Below are positions 1 to 12,210 of a stretch of DNA of 64,000 bases, piece by piece. The stretch lies in assembly GCA_013265495.1 (NCBI GenBank), contig MU058824.1, positions 2,941,111 through 3,005,110 of the forward strand, in the 5' to 3' direction. The stretch comes from Vicugna vicugna. Lineage: Eukaryota. A program made the position numbers and the translations under genes. Numbering within the stretch: the stretch's first letter is position 1; each line of letters opens with the position of its first letter. Under the pieces are notes generated by a model, which worked only from the letters and a program-made list of their open reading frames with translations, did not search any database and was not told where the DNA came from.

Positions 1-19
1 CATTCAACAAATGTTAAGA

Positions 20-150
20 CACTTAATTCTCATAGCAACCTCATAAGGTAAATCTTAGTACTATTTCCACCTTGTAAGTGAGGAAACAGGACCAAGAGTA
101 AGTCATGTGACTTGCCTAAGGTCATGCAGCCAGTTAGTGGCCCAGCCAGG
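20..150 (-). mobile_element. MIR fragment
   Basis: ttaattctcatagcaaccctcataaggta...tgaggaaac...tgacttgcctaaggtcatgcagccagttagtggc. Confidence 0.7.
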
Positions 151-2429
151 AAGCATGCAGGTGCTTCAGTGAAAACTGCTTGTTTCTAATGCCCTAAGCA
201 CTAGTGCCCCTTATCGGCATGGATGTCAGGCATCCCCCTGGAGAGAAATGTCCCAAAAGATGCTCTGTTGATTCATTAAGTCATTGACTCATCGAGCATT
301 TATTTGGACCCGATTCCATGATTCTGTATAGTCCCCATTGGAGTTGCAAAGCCATTATCTGCCCACAGCTTCATGAGGGGGGTATGACAGGGAGATTCTT
401 CTTCCCATTTCACAAATGAGGAAACTGAAACTCAAAGGACAGCAGTGATGTGGTCAGGCCTGGGGCCAAGAGGGACAGGAGCCTGGGTCGATCTGATGGG
501 CCCTCATATTGCTTCATTTGGGGGTAAACTACCAGATGTGAGGCTCTTCCCAGCCCCAGGCAACCGATGCTGTCAGGCCCCACCAAGTCCCTCCTGCTCG
601 CCAGTCAGCCCTTCTCCAGCTGGCTGGTATCCACATTTCTGCCCAAGGGCTTCACGCAGAACCTGGAATGAGGCAGCCACTTGTGAGGCAGGCCAGAGGT
701 CGGGGCCCAAGAGCAGCCTCCAACAGTGATGAGCACGAGTTAGCTGGTGTCTGGTCCCCAATCCCCTCGCCCTTGGTAAAGTGATTCTGAGCAGTGGGTT
801 GTGTACGGTTTCCCAGTTTCCCTGTGGAGTGGTGCTCAGTTGTCCACCTTGGTAGCTACTGCGTTCCCCTCCGCTGCCCATTTCCTCATCTCTTGTAAGT
901 GTCAGCTCCCAAATAAACTGCTTGCACCTGAGTCCCAGCTTCAGGGTCTGGGGAACCCAGACTAAGGTACCTGGCCTGTGGCATGTCAGAGGTAGAATAA
1001 CATCCTTTTCGAGTTCTCCAGTGCCTTCGGCTGTGCCAACAGAGTGTGCTGGCCACTGTGTTATCCCTTGGTCCATTGACTCAGTCTCCTTCTACCCCTG
1101 GAGAAAGGTGTTTTCCTGTGAAGGTGGGAGAGCTCAGGCTCAGAGAAGAGGACATACCCAGAGCCCCACAGCTGATTAAGAAGCCAGGAAGCGCTGAAGC
1201 TCCAGTCTCTGAGTCCAGTACTGCCCTGTACGTCCCTGCAGGCCCCAGCTCCTGCCCAGCACACCTTGTGGGGGCTCTGCTGTGCCCCAGAGGCTGGCTG
1301 CTGTGTGGAGGGAACCTGCCTCCCAGCAAAGAGCTTATCACCTGGCACACCATAAACATGGAGTATTGAACAAGCCACTGACACTGTTACAGGCGTATGA
1401 CATTGCAAAGCTCTGTCCTCAGTAACTTTCCCATACATTAGGAGGGTGCCAAGTACATATAAGAAAAAGTGCTTTGAGGTTCAAGGACAGCTTCTTGGCC
1501 TAGAGGACAGCACGTGAGAAAGAGTTAATCAAAGCTTGGTTGCTGGAGGATTCAAGAAGTTGCATTATTTTAAAAAGTGAATCACCATTTATTGAGCACC
1601 GGCTATTAAGCTGAATATAATTGGAAACCCTCAAATACGGTGGTGGTGATGTTGGTGGTAATTATGGCCGATGCTTCGTGTCCTCAATAAAAAGCCAGTG
1701 ACTCTGGGGGTGGGCAGCTATTTGGTGCTGCTCGTGTCTGAAAGGCAGTCGGCCTGGCCTGCCTTGAGGCTCCCATGTTGGAAATGTGCATGACTCATCC
1801 TAATGGGCCTCATTCGGAGAGAAGACCCTTGGCTTAGTACGAGTCCTGCACCACTGTTGCTGATTATTGAAATGCACTGTGCCAGCCTGAGCCCTCTCTC
1901 CCCTTAATCTCGGCCCTGAGCACAGAGCACATGCTGGTGGGAAGGCCATTCCTGCTCACTCCTGGGCCCTGCATAGGGCTCAGAGGTCCAATTTCCAGAG
2001 GTGCTGCAGCCCTCAGGAAAGGCCTTGGTTTCTAGGTGCTGTGTTTTTGCTTCACATACTTTTCCTGTGAGTCCACTGGAAAAGTTGTTCTTACTAGACA
2101 GAGCCTCCTATTTACCGTGAGAAAGCCTCACGGGCATTCCCAATTGTTTCCTGGGAAGGGAGTTGCAGATGGGACGGAAAAACAGCTCAAATTCAGCCGT
2201 TTAAAACCCGTTTTGGAAATAGGCAGGCTGTAAATATATATGTAGGTTACCAAATGACAGGTTCTCGTGTGGCTGGGATTTGGTAGGAGTCCGGTTTTGT
2301 CACCCTGCTACTAAGCATTCTATTCCTGGATATCTGGGTGACCTCCACAGGACCCTTCCCCTTCCCTGGCCTTGGTTTCCTCCTCAGTAAGAGGAGAGAA
2401 TCCATCAGGTTGGATGATGGGTTGAGATG

Positions 2430-2600
2430 ATGATAATTGCATGATAATTGCAACTGATGTTTCTTGGGTTCTTGCTGTGTGCCGGGCCCTTTCTAAGTGC
2501 ATCACTCAGAATGGCTCATTGAGTCCTCATCCCGTTGTCATTGTATAGATGAAGAAGCTCCGGCACAGAGAGGTAACTGACTTTCAGATCCTGATGCGAC
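2430..2600 (-). mobile_element. MIR fragment
   Basis: ctgtgtgccgggcc...ctaagtgc...ctcattgagtcctca...tatagatgaagaagctccggcacagagaggtaa. Confidence 0.65.
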
Positions 2601-5600
2601 AGTCTCCTATCCTTCCAGCCCTGAGTGCCCTGCAAGGGAAAGAAGAAGATCTCGGTCTTATCCTTCATGTCCCTGGTCTGATCTGTGAGCACTTTCTAGG
2701 GAGTGGCCCCAAACACCAGGAGGGCACCTGTTCCCCCTTGAGCAGAAAGCTTGGAAAAGGGACTGTCAGGGGAGGTTGATGGGATTTGGAGGAGGACTGG
2801 GCAGTGTTGAGCCAGAGCTCCGGGGAGGACGAAGGAAGGCCCAGTGGGTGACCCCAGGTGGGCTGAGCCTGGCCTGGCACCCACCTGCCACAGGGAACTG
2901 TGGGTGGGGATGCGGGTGAGGTTGGAGGTCTTTGCAAGAGGAGCTAGGGGGCTTTTCCTGAGGGGTGGGTATGTCTGAAATTTTTAGGAAAGATTTCAAG
3001 AGAAAAATTAGATAACCATCCAAGTATTGCAGAAACCATGTGGACCTGGGAGTGAGGAAACATTTGGTTATCTGTTTATGACATTGACCTTTACTCCCAG
3101 GACCTTCTGCTCCCCAGTGGATTCATGCTTTTCAGGCTATGGATAGTGGTGCATATTGGGATTCCAGGTGAGATTTCCTTTGCACAGATTACACACATAA
3201 AAGTTTGAAACCCACAGGGCTAGACTGTCTCCAGGGTCCCTTTAGCTCTAACCTTACCTGTAATGACGCCACAGACCCCCGGGTGCTTCTGTCCTTGGGA
3301 GGAATGCACTGAATTCTCTATCCATAGCCCTGGCTGAAAGCAGTTAAGAAATTCCAGGATTGAGCTATTTCTGTGTTCAAAATAGAACCTCCCACTGCTT
3401 GAGAGATGCTGAGAAGCTGGTCCCTGCCACATAACAGTGAGGTTCTGGGGTAAACAGGGCCGTGCCAGGCTCTGCTCCAGCAGCCTCCCACCTGGAACCC
3501 ACAGCCTTCTCCACAGGGTGAAACTGAAGGAGGGTGGGGTGTGCGGGTGAGTAGGGGGGAGGCGAGCAAGCAGGGCCCTAGAGGCGCTGACAGAGGCTGT
3601 AATTTAGAATGCATTTTTCCCCGACAAGTTGGAGCCTGCAGGTGTCTAAGCAAGCAGCTGTGGCCGTGGGAGGGGTAGGACTGGAAAGACCAGTGGAGAC
3701 CACCGCCTCCTGACATGTGGGCCAGGTAACTGGCTAGTTTGTAAAGAAGCGTTTGCAGTAAAGCACCCAAGGTCTGCACGAAGAAACACATGGCAGCTAC
3801 TTGAGTACTGACGGCTGTCCCAAATGACTGAACCGTGAAGCCAGATGGACAAAACACCTGGCCGCCACGTATGAAAGTGGGGCCTAGAACTTTGAGGTGA
3901 CTCTGCATGTCTGAGTCAGACCTTAGAGGAGAGAAAGGGAACCAGTCCTCAGAGGTCGGTGTGGAAAAACACCCTCCCCACCATCTGATTTCCAGGAGTT
4001 TCAGCTGAATGTGTGAATGTAGCTAATTAATCTTGCCCAAATTAATTTTTTTGCTGTGTCAGAAATGATTAATTAGTGCGCCTGTAAGGAGAGTTGGTGT
4101 ATGATGGTCAAAGCCAGGGACAGAACGAGGCGAGCGAGGGCTGCTTGCTTGTGTCTGTCCCTGTACAGCCTGGTTCTGTGGCACCCCCACCCCCCACTCC
4201 AGAGACCTGGACACAGGTGGGGACCAGGAGCACCCTGCCGTCTCAGCACACAGGGGTTAGGGGAGGGCCCTGAGGTTCTCTACCTCTTAGCCAGGTGGCC
4301 CATAGCACAAGAGGGGAAAAAAGATCGTTCACAAGCATTTTTCCTTTTGTGGTTGAGAAATGTGACAGCTGTTGTCATGCCTAATTGCAGCCAATTTTCT
4401 CTGTGTAATCACTGCGCCCTTGATGGGGGTTTCTTCTCAGGTCTTTGTTTTGTCTTCCCCACTAGATTTTCAGCTTCTTGTGGGCAGAGACACCAGCACT
4501 TAACTCAATCCTGGGCACCCGGGAGCTGTCACCATAGCCTGTTCTTTATAAACTACTGACACAACCCCAGAACATCTCATTATTTGCTATTCATGACAGT
4601 CATGTGAAGCTGAGAAAGCAATTTTGCCCCATTTCACAGATGAGTTGCTGAAGCTCAAAGAGACAAAGCAGAGTTACCCAGCAAGGGTATAGTAGAGCCA
4701 GCTCGGCTCCAGAACTGCCTGGGCTGTTCCTGCTTGGCGCTGTCCTTTCTGGGGTGCCACTTGTCTTTCTGTGTGTTTGCACAGCCCCAGCAGTTTCCGC
4801 AGCCCACCTGCCACTGTCCAGCTCTGGGGCTTTGGAAACACCACCTGCCTCGGTCATGATGGGGGTTCTGCAAACAGCCACCCACCTAGGCCTTCCCTGA
4901 AGCTGAAGTTCTGCTGTGGGGCAGCCAAAACTGTGCTAAATGTGACAGCACAGACAGGTGTTATCCAGTTAGTCTTCCCAAAGCAGACGCCCACCTTAGA
5001 GCTTCTGCTTGGACACCCAAATGGCAGAAGCTCCTGTTTCCAGGCAGCGAGTCCTTTTATTGGCTGTTGGATGTTCTTCCTGACTCACTAAGCTAGCTTC
5101 TGTATAATCTGGGTCCGTGCAGAACATCTGTCCACTGCCTCCTCTCTGGGCAGCCCCCGGTCATTGGAAGCCCTTTCCAGACCCCCAGATCCCTGTTTCA
5201 TTAGCACCATCTCTTGGTTGGCGTGGCAGCAGAGCCTCCATCTTGGGGGACATCTGGCCTGCCAGGACCTGTGTCACAGTAGGTCCCAAAGGAAGACCAG
5301 GACTCCAGTCTGCCAGTCCCCAGATGGGGGCAGAGGCATGGACCCATCTGGCTGCTGCTGCCATCTCATGCCCTGCGAGCTGTTTGCTCACCTTCAAAGA
5401 GCCCTCCTGGCCCCTAAAGTGGGGAAGAGGGCCGGGTTGCCTCTGTGTGGCTCCTGGGTTTCAAGCTGGCAAGCCAAGATGAAGTGCCCAAGGCTGTCCC
5501 TTCATAGTACCCCCGCCCAGCTTGCCCTGCGGCCCCGCACAGCGAGATAGCCAGTTATATACCATTCCGTATTTGCAGTTGCGTATGATGAATTGCGATA

Positions 5601-6684
5601 GAGTCAGCACTCGCTGCCTTGCCTAAGGCTGAGAGAGTACATCTCATCTTAGCTGTTTTTTTTAAAGTAGCTCTAATGCCAGGGGGCTTGGTCATTTAAT
5701 CTGGGGCTCCTGACCTTTCTCAAATGTGCCCAACACTTTGTGGGCCTATATAAACATAATGGAGGGAGCAACAACTTCATCAGTTACAAGATTCCCAAAG
5801 AGATCCATGACCCTCAAACCGTTAAGAAAGCTAACGCAGTCTTAATGGTGAATTGTTAAGGAAATGGCCCGACTGGGACCATATAGAACTTTCCCAGGTG
5901 TGTTCATATGCATTTTGCTTTGGAGGGGAGCAGAAAGAAGTCATGGGCCTGGAAAGGACCCAAGACCTCATGGGGTGCTGCCCCCTCACTTTCCAGGGCA
6001 AGGAGAACAGCCTAGAGTTGGGGAGACTTGTTCTTGCCTCATCCAGCAAGTGGCTAAGGGGGAGCCAGTTCCCACAGACAGTAGAGCACAGGAAGGTGAA
6101 TGGGGCAGTGGAGACAGTGTGGGCCACGCACTCGTGGAAGGTGGCGACTGCTTCTCCTTGTGTCCCTCCTTTTTAGCAAGTTTGAGTGATTTTAGCAGGG
6201 GTGCCTGTGCATTTCAGCAGTGTCTCTTCTCCACAGTCCTGCCAGCCCTCCCTGGAGTGATCTTCCTGGAGAGTTTGCTGAGAGCCAGGTAGTCTTGGCT
6301 TGAAAGAGTCTGTGCTTCTAAACAGATTGCCTTGCACATGTTCACAGCCAGGATCAGCGTGGGCCTGGGCCTCCCTCGTGGGGCAGGGCAGGGTCTTGCC
6401 TCCCCCTGCTCAGGAGTGTTGCTCAATCTGGGCCAGCCCACAAGATTGCACGGAGGATGCCATTACCTCCACGTCTCAGATCCTGGAGATGGACCAATGC
6501 CTGTGGGATCATCTCACTCCAGTTTATCCGCAGGGAAGAAAGCAAGAGAGAGCTGCATTTAACACTGACTTCTTGCTTCACTTTAATGAATAGGGCTGAG
6601 AAATACCTGGGAAAATTGAAATTCCAGAGTAATATCTGGAGGTTTAGCTTTTGATTGGTGGGCCAGAGGGCTGGCTCTAGCTTA

Positions 6685-6815
6685 ACATTTCCTAAACTTT
6701 ACTCATAAGAATCACCCAAGTTGCTTATTAAATATACAAATTATTGGGGCTAGGAATCTGCTTTTTTAAACAAAGGTTCCAGGCCATGCCTATCTTCAGG
6801 CAAGTTTGGGAAACA
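6685..6815. mobile_element. MER5-type hAT-Charlie DNA transposon relic
   Basis: tttcctaaactt...agaatcacc...cttattaaatatacaaatt...ggggctaggaatctgcttttttaaacaa...ccagg...caagtttgggaaac, with inverted ends. Confidence 0.65.
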
Positions 6816-6889
6816 GTTTATCTATCTGTACCAAAAATAACCTGTGAAAAGGAGTACACTTTTAAAAGTTTGGTTTTGTGTATACTACA

Positions 6890-7450
6890 TTAGTAAGGCT
6901 TTTTGTTTGTTTGTTTGAAAAATGTGTTAACATTATAGACAAGTTTCCTTTTATTTCTGCTCATTACCTCACTCCCAGTCCCCTCTCCTCCCAGAGGAGA
7001 TACCAGTCTGAAGTGTCTGTCTCCCTAGACGTTTTCTTTATATTAAATAGAGATACAGGTTTCTGTTTTGTTTTTCATAAATAGGTATCATCTTGTATGT
7101 ATCATTCTATAACCTGCTTACTTTCCATTCAGAGCTATGTCATGGAGAACTAAGTTAGTGCAGGTAGATAGCTATAGAGCGACTGCTTTTTTTTAACCTG
7201 CTGCATAATCCATAATATGAAACTGGCATGGTTTATTTAGCAGTTCCCCTTTGATGGATATAGCAGGGGCTCTTTATCACTTGCTCCAGGGAGCATCCTT
7301 GCCCATGTCTCCCTGTGCACATTTGGGAATAAGTACTGAAAAGTGAAGTCACTGGGTCAACCCATGTGCATTTTTGGATTTTAATGGATTCTGCCCAAAG
7401 TTATCTTTCAAAGTGGCTCTGCCAATTCACCCTTCCACCCAGAGCCTGTG
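6890..7450 (-). mobile_element. Old L1 (L1ME-like) fragment
   Basis: ttctataacctgcttactttccattca...ttttttaacctgctgcataatcc...tttatttagcagttcccct...gaacatcctt-like...aagtgaagtcactgggtca...ccaattcacccttccacc. Confidence 0.6.
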
Positions 7451-10400
7451 GAGAGGATCCAGTGCCCCACACAGGTGCAACTGTCTCACTAAAGTGTGTG
7501 GCCACGTAGCCAAGTGATGGCACCCACCTTCCTCTGCGTCTTCCCTTGGGGATGAATAGGAAGACTACCTCCTATTACAAAGCTAAATCCCCAGGATAGA
7601 AACCCTCAGCCTCAGACTGCTGGAGGGGAGGGACCAGTTCCACCCAGCAGAGTGGTGCTAAATAGAAAGGAGGCCAGTGGAGTCGACTCCTAGTCTGCAG
7701 CCAGCTCCCAGAGCCTTGTCAGAGAGGTGCTGGGTGTGGTGGAATTCTAGAACCCTCTGGACTGCAATGGGCTATGTACAAGGCAATGGGAGGTTAGAAC
7801 AGGTCTCTCAAGCCTGTTCCCCCTTCCACCCATTTCACTGCTTTATGAGCCTGTGAAAGTCTTTTAGGGGCACTGGGCTGACCTGGGTTCTCCAGTTTTG
7901 TTTGAAAGCAAGAAAAGGCCTGCTTGGGGTTTAGCCATAACCTGGCTTCTTTTTCAGAGATGGGCCAGTATGCCCAACCTAGGAGGCCAAGAAAACAAAA
8001 GAAGATGACTACCGGTTAGGCAGCTGTGTTCTGACAGCCCCGTCTTCCTGCTGCTCTGCTCTCTGGTAGACTGGTGGGACTGGTGGCCTGGGTTCCCCTC
8101 AGCCCCGCGCCTGCCCTAAGGCAAACAGGCCACACGGAGGGTCCAGTGCCCTGCCAGGTCTTTGCCAGTCCAAATCAAAGCAGGGAGAGCTTCTCATGCG
8201 CCCAGGTGACCCGACCTGCAGAGAAGTCCCGGCTCGCTCCCTTCTGCTTGAATTGTTCAATCAGATTTAAGGGACTTGTCCACTAACTGGGGCGTTTTAA
8301 AGCAAAGCGAAAGCAACCCCACCAGGAATCCAAGCCCGCTTCTGGAGAAACTCATTCCCTTTCTTTTAATTCAGAAAATTAACAGCCTTCACTCAAGCCC
8401 CCTGCCTGGCCATCCTGACTTACAGTGAGCCGTGGGCAGCTTGGACAGTGACCGCACTGCCCAGTGCTCGTGCCTGAGGCCTGGGGCACATCACACGGCA
8501 CTGTGGTTACACTCCCCACTCAACTCTCCTAACACCTGGTTAAATTTTTACTCCAAAAACCAGGACATGATTTTACAAAAGGTCAGACAACTCAGTGAGT
8601 GTTTGCCGAGTTTCACATTGCTCAAACCTCAAATTCCCTCACCTCTACCAACCTCACTTTGAAGTTTGAAGGCAAATTGATTAAATATACATTTTAGGAA
8701 CCTTCCGATTTGCTTCTTAAACTAACAGAATTTTAAGTTTTTTTTTAAACGGAAGGATTTTCAACTGTCAGCAGGTATAACTGGAACCATATGTCAACAG
8801 AGACCAGGGGCTTTTCCTGGTTTTAGGATTTGTAAATTCTTATTGAAACGGAAGTAAGCAGGGCAGGCAGCTGGAGGGCCCTGTGACAGCCGAGCTCAGA
8901 TCTCATTTTAATTAGAAAATACAGATAGCGCCTGCTGAACCGAAGGCCTCCCAGAGCTCCCGTCCCAGGGCGAACAAAGATTTGGTTTATATCCTGCAAG
9001 CCTCTGTGTTTGCAAATTACAGAGCACTTCCGAGAGGAGTTGAAATGTTGATTTCTAGATTACGGAGCCTGCAGCCCAACACCCTCCTCAGCTAATCCGT
9101 CCGAATGATTTTACTTTCTTGGGGAAATATTTGCTCCCTTCCTCACTGCAGATTAAATGGAGGGTATTCATGTTGAAAAGAGACAGTAAGGAAGTCCAGG
9201 ATGAGAGAAGTGAGATTAGATGTCACCCACAGCAGGTTCAGCATTTTCTCCATTGCGCTTCTGGCCCCTTGAACTCCGAGACACAAAACCCTATACCAGA
9301 TCGGCATCTGAGCTGTTCTGTATGACACTGGTTCACGTGTCTGATTTTCTCTCTAATGCATTCTGCAAATGGTTGCATAAAATAGCATATGAAAGACGTT
9401 GCTGGCCCTAGTGCTCCCCCACCCCCATCTTTCCCTGCCTGGTGTCATTTGAGCTCAATGAGTCTCCAGAAAGGCCACGATTACAACAGTGTCAGTACCT
9501 GAAAGTTCCTCTGCTGGGACTCAAGAGCCTGACCCACAGCCGCATAGATGCAGTGTAGCGGGGGCAGCGGGGCCGCTCATGCTCAGATGATGGGCGCTCC
9601 AGCCTTGGGTCTTTCACTGATGCGCCCGCTCTTGTCCCAGGAGCAGTGACTCTGTGTGCTATGCCTCTCGTCACCCCCTCCCCCGCCCCGGCCGCACGCC
9701 CGTGACAGGGCTGCTGCCTGCTGGCCCTCTGCGGGCATCCCGTTCCTGGCAGCTGGAGGTCACTCGCTCACCCTGCCAGGGCTGCTGCCACAAACTCCCA
9801 TTTACCCAGCAGACAAAGAGGGTTTTTCCCTTCCCCTGGGTTTACAGGCTCCTCAAATGCCTTACATTCCAAGAGCTGAGAGAGAGCGGAGACTCCTGTG
9901 GTTTCTAATTAAACCCACAATTTAAATAACAATTCATGAAACCCCAAGGGTTAAGAGAAATGCTAACCTACCCCCTCCCAAGAGAGGCAGCTGGGTGGCC
10001 CTGGCTGGAAGGCTGAGGATTTGCCTTTTGCCAGATGTGTGACCAAAGAGGCAGAAGTCACAGTGAGTTTGTGGTGGAGCAAGTGTGCATTGAAAGGGAA
10101 CAGGTTTGGCAGGTTCCTGTCCTTTCCCCTTTGGTGAAGGTGCCCCGCTTGAAGGTTAGGAAGTAAGAAATGGGAGGAAAAGTTGCCGTGTTTGCTCAGC
10201 CTTCTACCGAGAACTTTCACCCTTCTCCAGGGAAAATGGAACTTTGTCTCTGAAGTGTTCAAATCCCAGATTCCCACACTCTCAGGGAACTCCCCTCGCT
10301 GCCCCTACTGCCTACCCCCAGGTGACTGCTCTGTTTGTTGTAGAACTTTACTGTTTTCTGGAATACAGGCAAACGAGGAGGCCAGGAAGGGTCCTGGGAG

Positions 10401-11137
10401 GCAGAGCATCCAGCCGACGGTCTGGGTTGAGCCCTGCCCGCTCTGGAGCCAGTTTCTGCATCTGTTATAGGAGGGTCTTCCTATGTGTTGCTTCCAGGGC
10501 CCTTTCTTGCCCTGGCAGTCTGTCTGTCCATCCATCCCTGAGCTGCTTTTGTGTTCTCACTGGGCCTGTCTGGAGCCACAGTCATCTTTGCAGAGCGTTG
10601 ACCTCACCAAATTGTTGTCTGATTACCCAAGGCATGGTTGTGTTCCAGATTTGGGGAAAATGGAACGCTGGACGTAATTATCTGTAGACAAGCTCTTCTC
10701 TGCCTCAGCTGGCACCAGGAGCGTGTCAGCATTTCCAGGCTTTCTGTGAGCTCCTTTCCAAATTTACTCCGTTTCCATTCCATTAAATTGAGCAAATCGT
10801 ATTCCCTGAGGACACCGTCCAGGTTCTTGCCTCTGTGCTTGTCCACTTGGATGCCCTTCTGTTCTCACTTCACTGTGCCAGGAGTGGCCACCCTACACAC
10901 CCAGACTCGGGCCCCTCCCTCGAGAGGGAGCACTGCCAGCCTGGGTCCCTTTGTTACCCCTGTGAGAGTCAGAGCTCCCTGAGGGTGGACACCATCTCTG
11001 GTTCCTGCTTCTGCTCCTGACTCCTGGCCTGTCTGGCGCAGGCTCAGTTTATATTTGTTGGAGCCAAGCCTGGCTGTGAACAGAAGTGAAGTAGAAAGCC
11101 ACAGGTGGACTCACCCCTGCCATCTTCTTCCCTGCAG

Positions 11138-11258
11138 GTGACCATCGCTGATGACTACTCAGATCCCTTTGATGCCAAGAATGATCTCAAAAGCAAAGCA
11201 GGAAAGGGGGAGAGTGCCGGCTACATGGAGCCCTACGAGGCCCAGAGGATTATGACAG
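11138..11258 (+). CDS. SHB: SHB internal coding exon (probable exon 2), 121 bp, phase 0 in, phase 1 out
   Basis: Pyrimidine tract plus ctgcAG acceptor at 11136-11137, branch-like CTCAC near 11110-11114, donor G|gtaagc at 11259. Translates VTIADDYSDPFDAKNDLKSKAGKGESAGYMEPYEAQRIMT, which I recognise as SHB (DDYSDPFDA and GYMEPYEAQ motifs). Confidence 0.96.
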
Positions 11259-12099
11259 GTAAGCGGAGCCCGTGGCACAGAGACTTACAACTCAGCAGCT
11301 GGGTAGAGGGGTTGCCCCTTCACACCATCCCCTGCCAGCCTCTACAGGGGAAGGTTTGTGCTTTCAAAGTGGTGGTAAGGAGGCAGCGCTCTGTTGAATC
11401 TTCACTGCAGTATATCAGTTCATGTTTCACCGACCTCAGGAAGACTCTAATAGGGCACACTGACAGTCCAGATACCAGGGTACCAAGTGCAGTTAACCAA
11501 GATAGGGACACAGAGGAGCAGCTGTGTGGGTTGGACCCCCCTGACCCCGCAAAAGGCAGGGGCATGAGTCAGGGCACAATGTGCTGCAGAGTGTGGACAG
11601 GTGGCCCCCAGTTTTGAGGCCTCCAGAACACCTGGCCACTTGGTGAAGGGCTGAGGCAGGAAGCAGTTGACCCATAGGGACTTCAGCCGGACTACTGGAG
11701 GGCCACGTCTTGTGCCCTCTCCCATTTTCCTAGTCTCTCCTGGTAAAGCAGCCTCTGATGGGCAAGAGGCCAATTGCTGAGTGTGTGTTTGGGGCCGGGG
11801 ACCTAAGGGTGGGGCAGCCTGCTCTCTTCCAGCAACTCAGGGAAGCAGGTCTGCTGGCGGAATCTTCACCTGAGGCCTGCAGTAACACTCGTTCCCGCTG
11901 TCACATCACCTCACCTCCACCCACGTCCCAGGACCTGCACCAGGCTCCATGAAGCAGCCCTGGCCCAGCTCAGCCCTCGGGGCCCTGCCCTCCCTGTAGC
12001 TCCCGCCAGTCTTGCATTCAGCGGGCCTCAGCCCAGGTTTAAGGGGGTGGTAGGTCCAGGAGTGACTCTGGGACTCTGACATATTCATACGTCAGCACA

Positions 12100-12210
12100 G
12101 CAAAGGATCTTTGAGGTCATCAAAACCCAACAGCCTCATCTTACAGATGGGGAAACTGAGGCTAGGAGGGAGGGGGGACTTGCCCGAGGACACACAGTAA
12201 GTTGGAGACA
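12100..12210 (-). mobile_element. MIR fragment
   Basis: ctcatcttacagatggggaaactgaggct...gacttgcccgaggacacacag. Confidence 0.7.

Noticed and set aside
3318..3908. Longest ORFs in the track (196 aa here; also 14456-15004, 14896-15444, 54918-55481)
   Set aside because: No recognisable domains, many non-ATG starts, and Pro/Ser/Gly/Leu-rich composition typical of chance ORFs in GC-rich intron.
5585..5632. Box C (ATGATGA) and box D (CTGA) snoRNA
   Set aside because: The span is only about 48 nt, with no terminal stem and no recognisable guide sequence.
11105..11617. 170-aa ORF as a standalone gene or extended exon
   Set aside because: Only 11138-11258 resembles SHB and the rest is intron read-through. 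The upstream in-frame AG at 11103-11104 follows a purine-rich stretch and lies upstream of the likely branch point.
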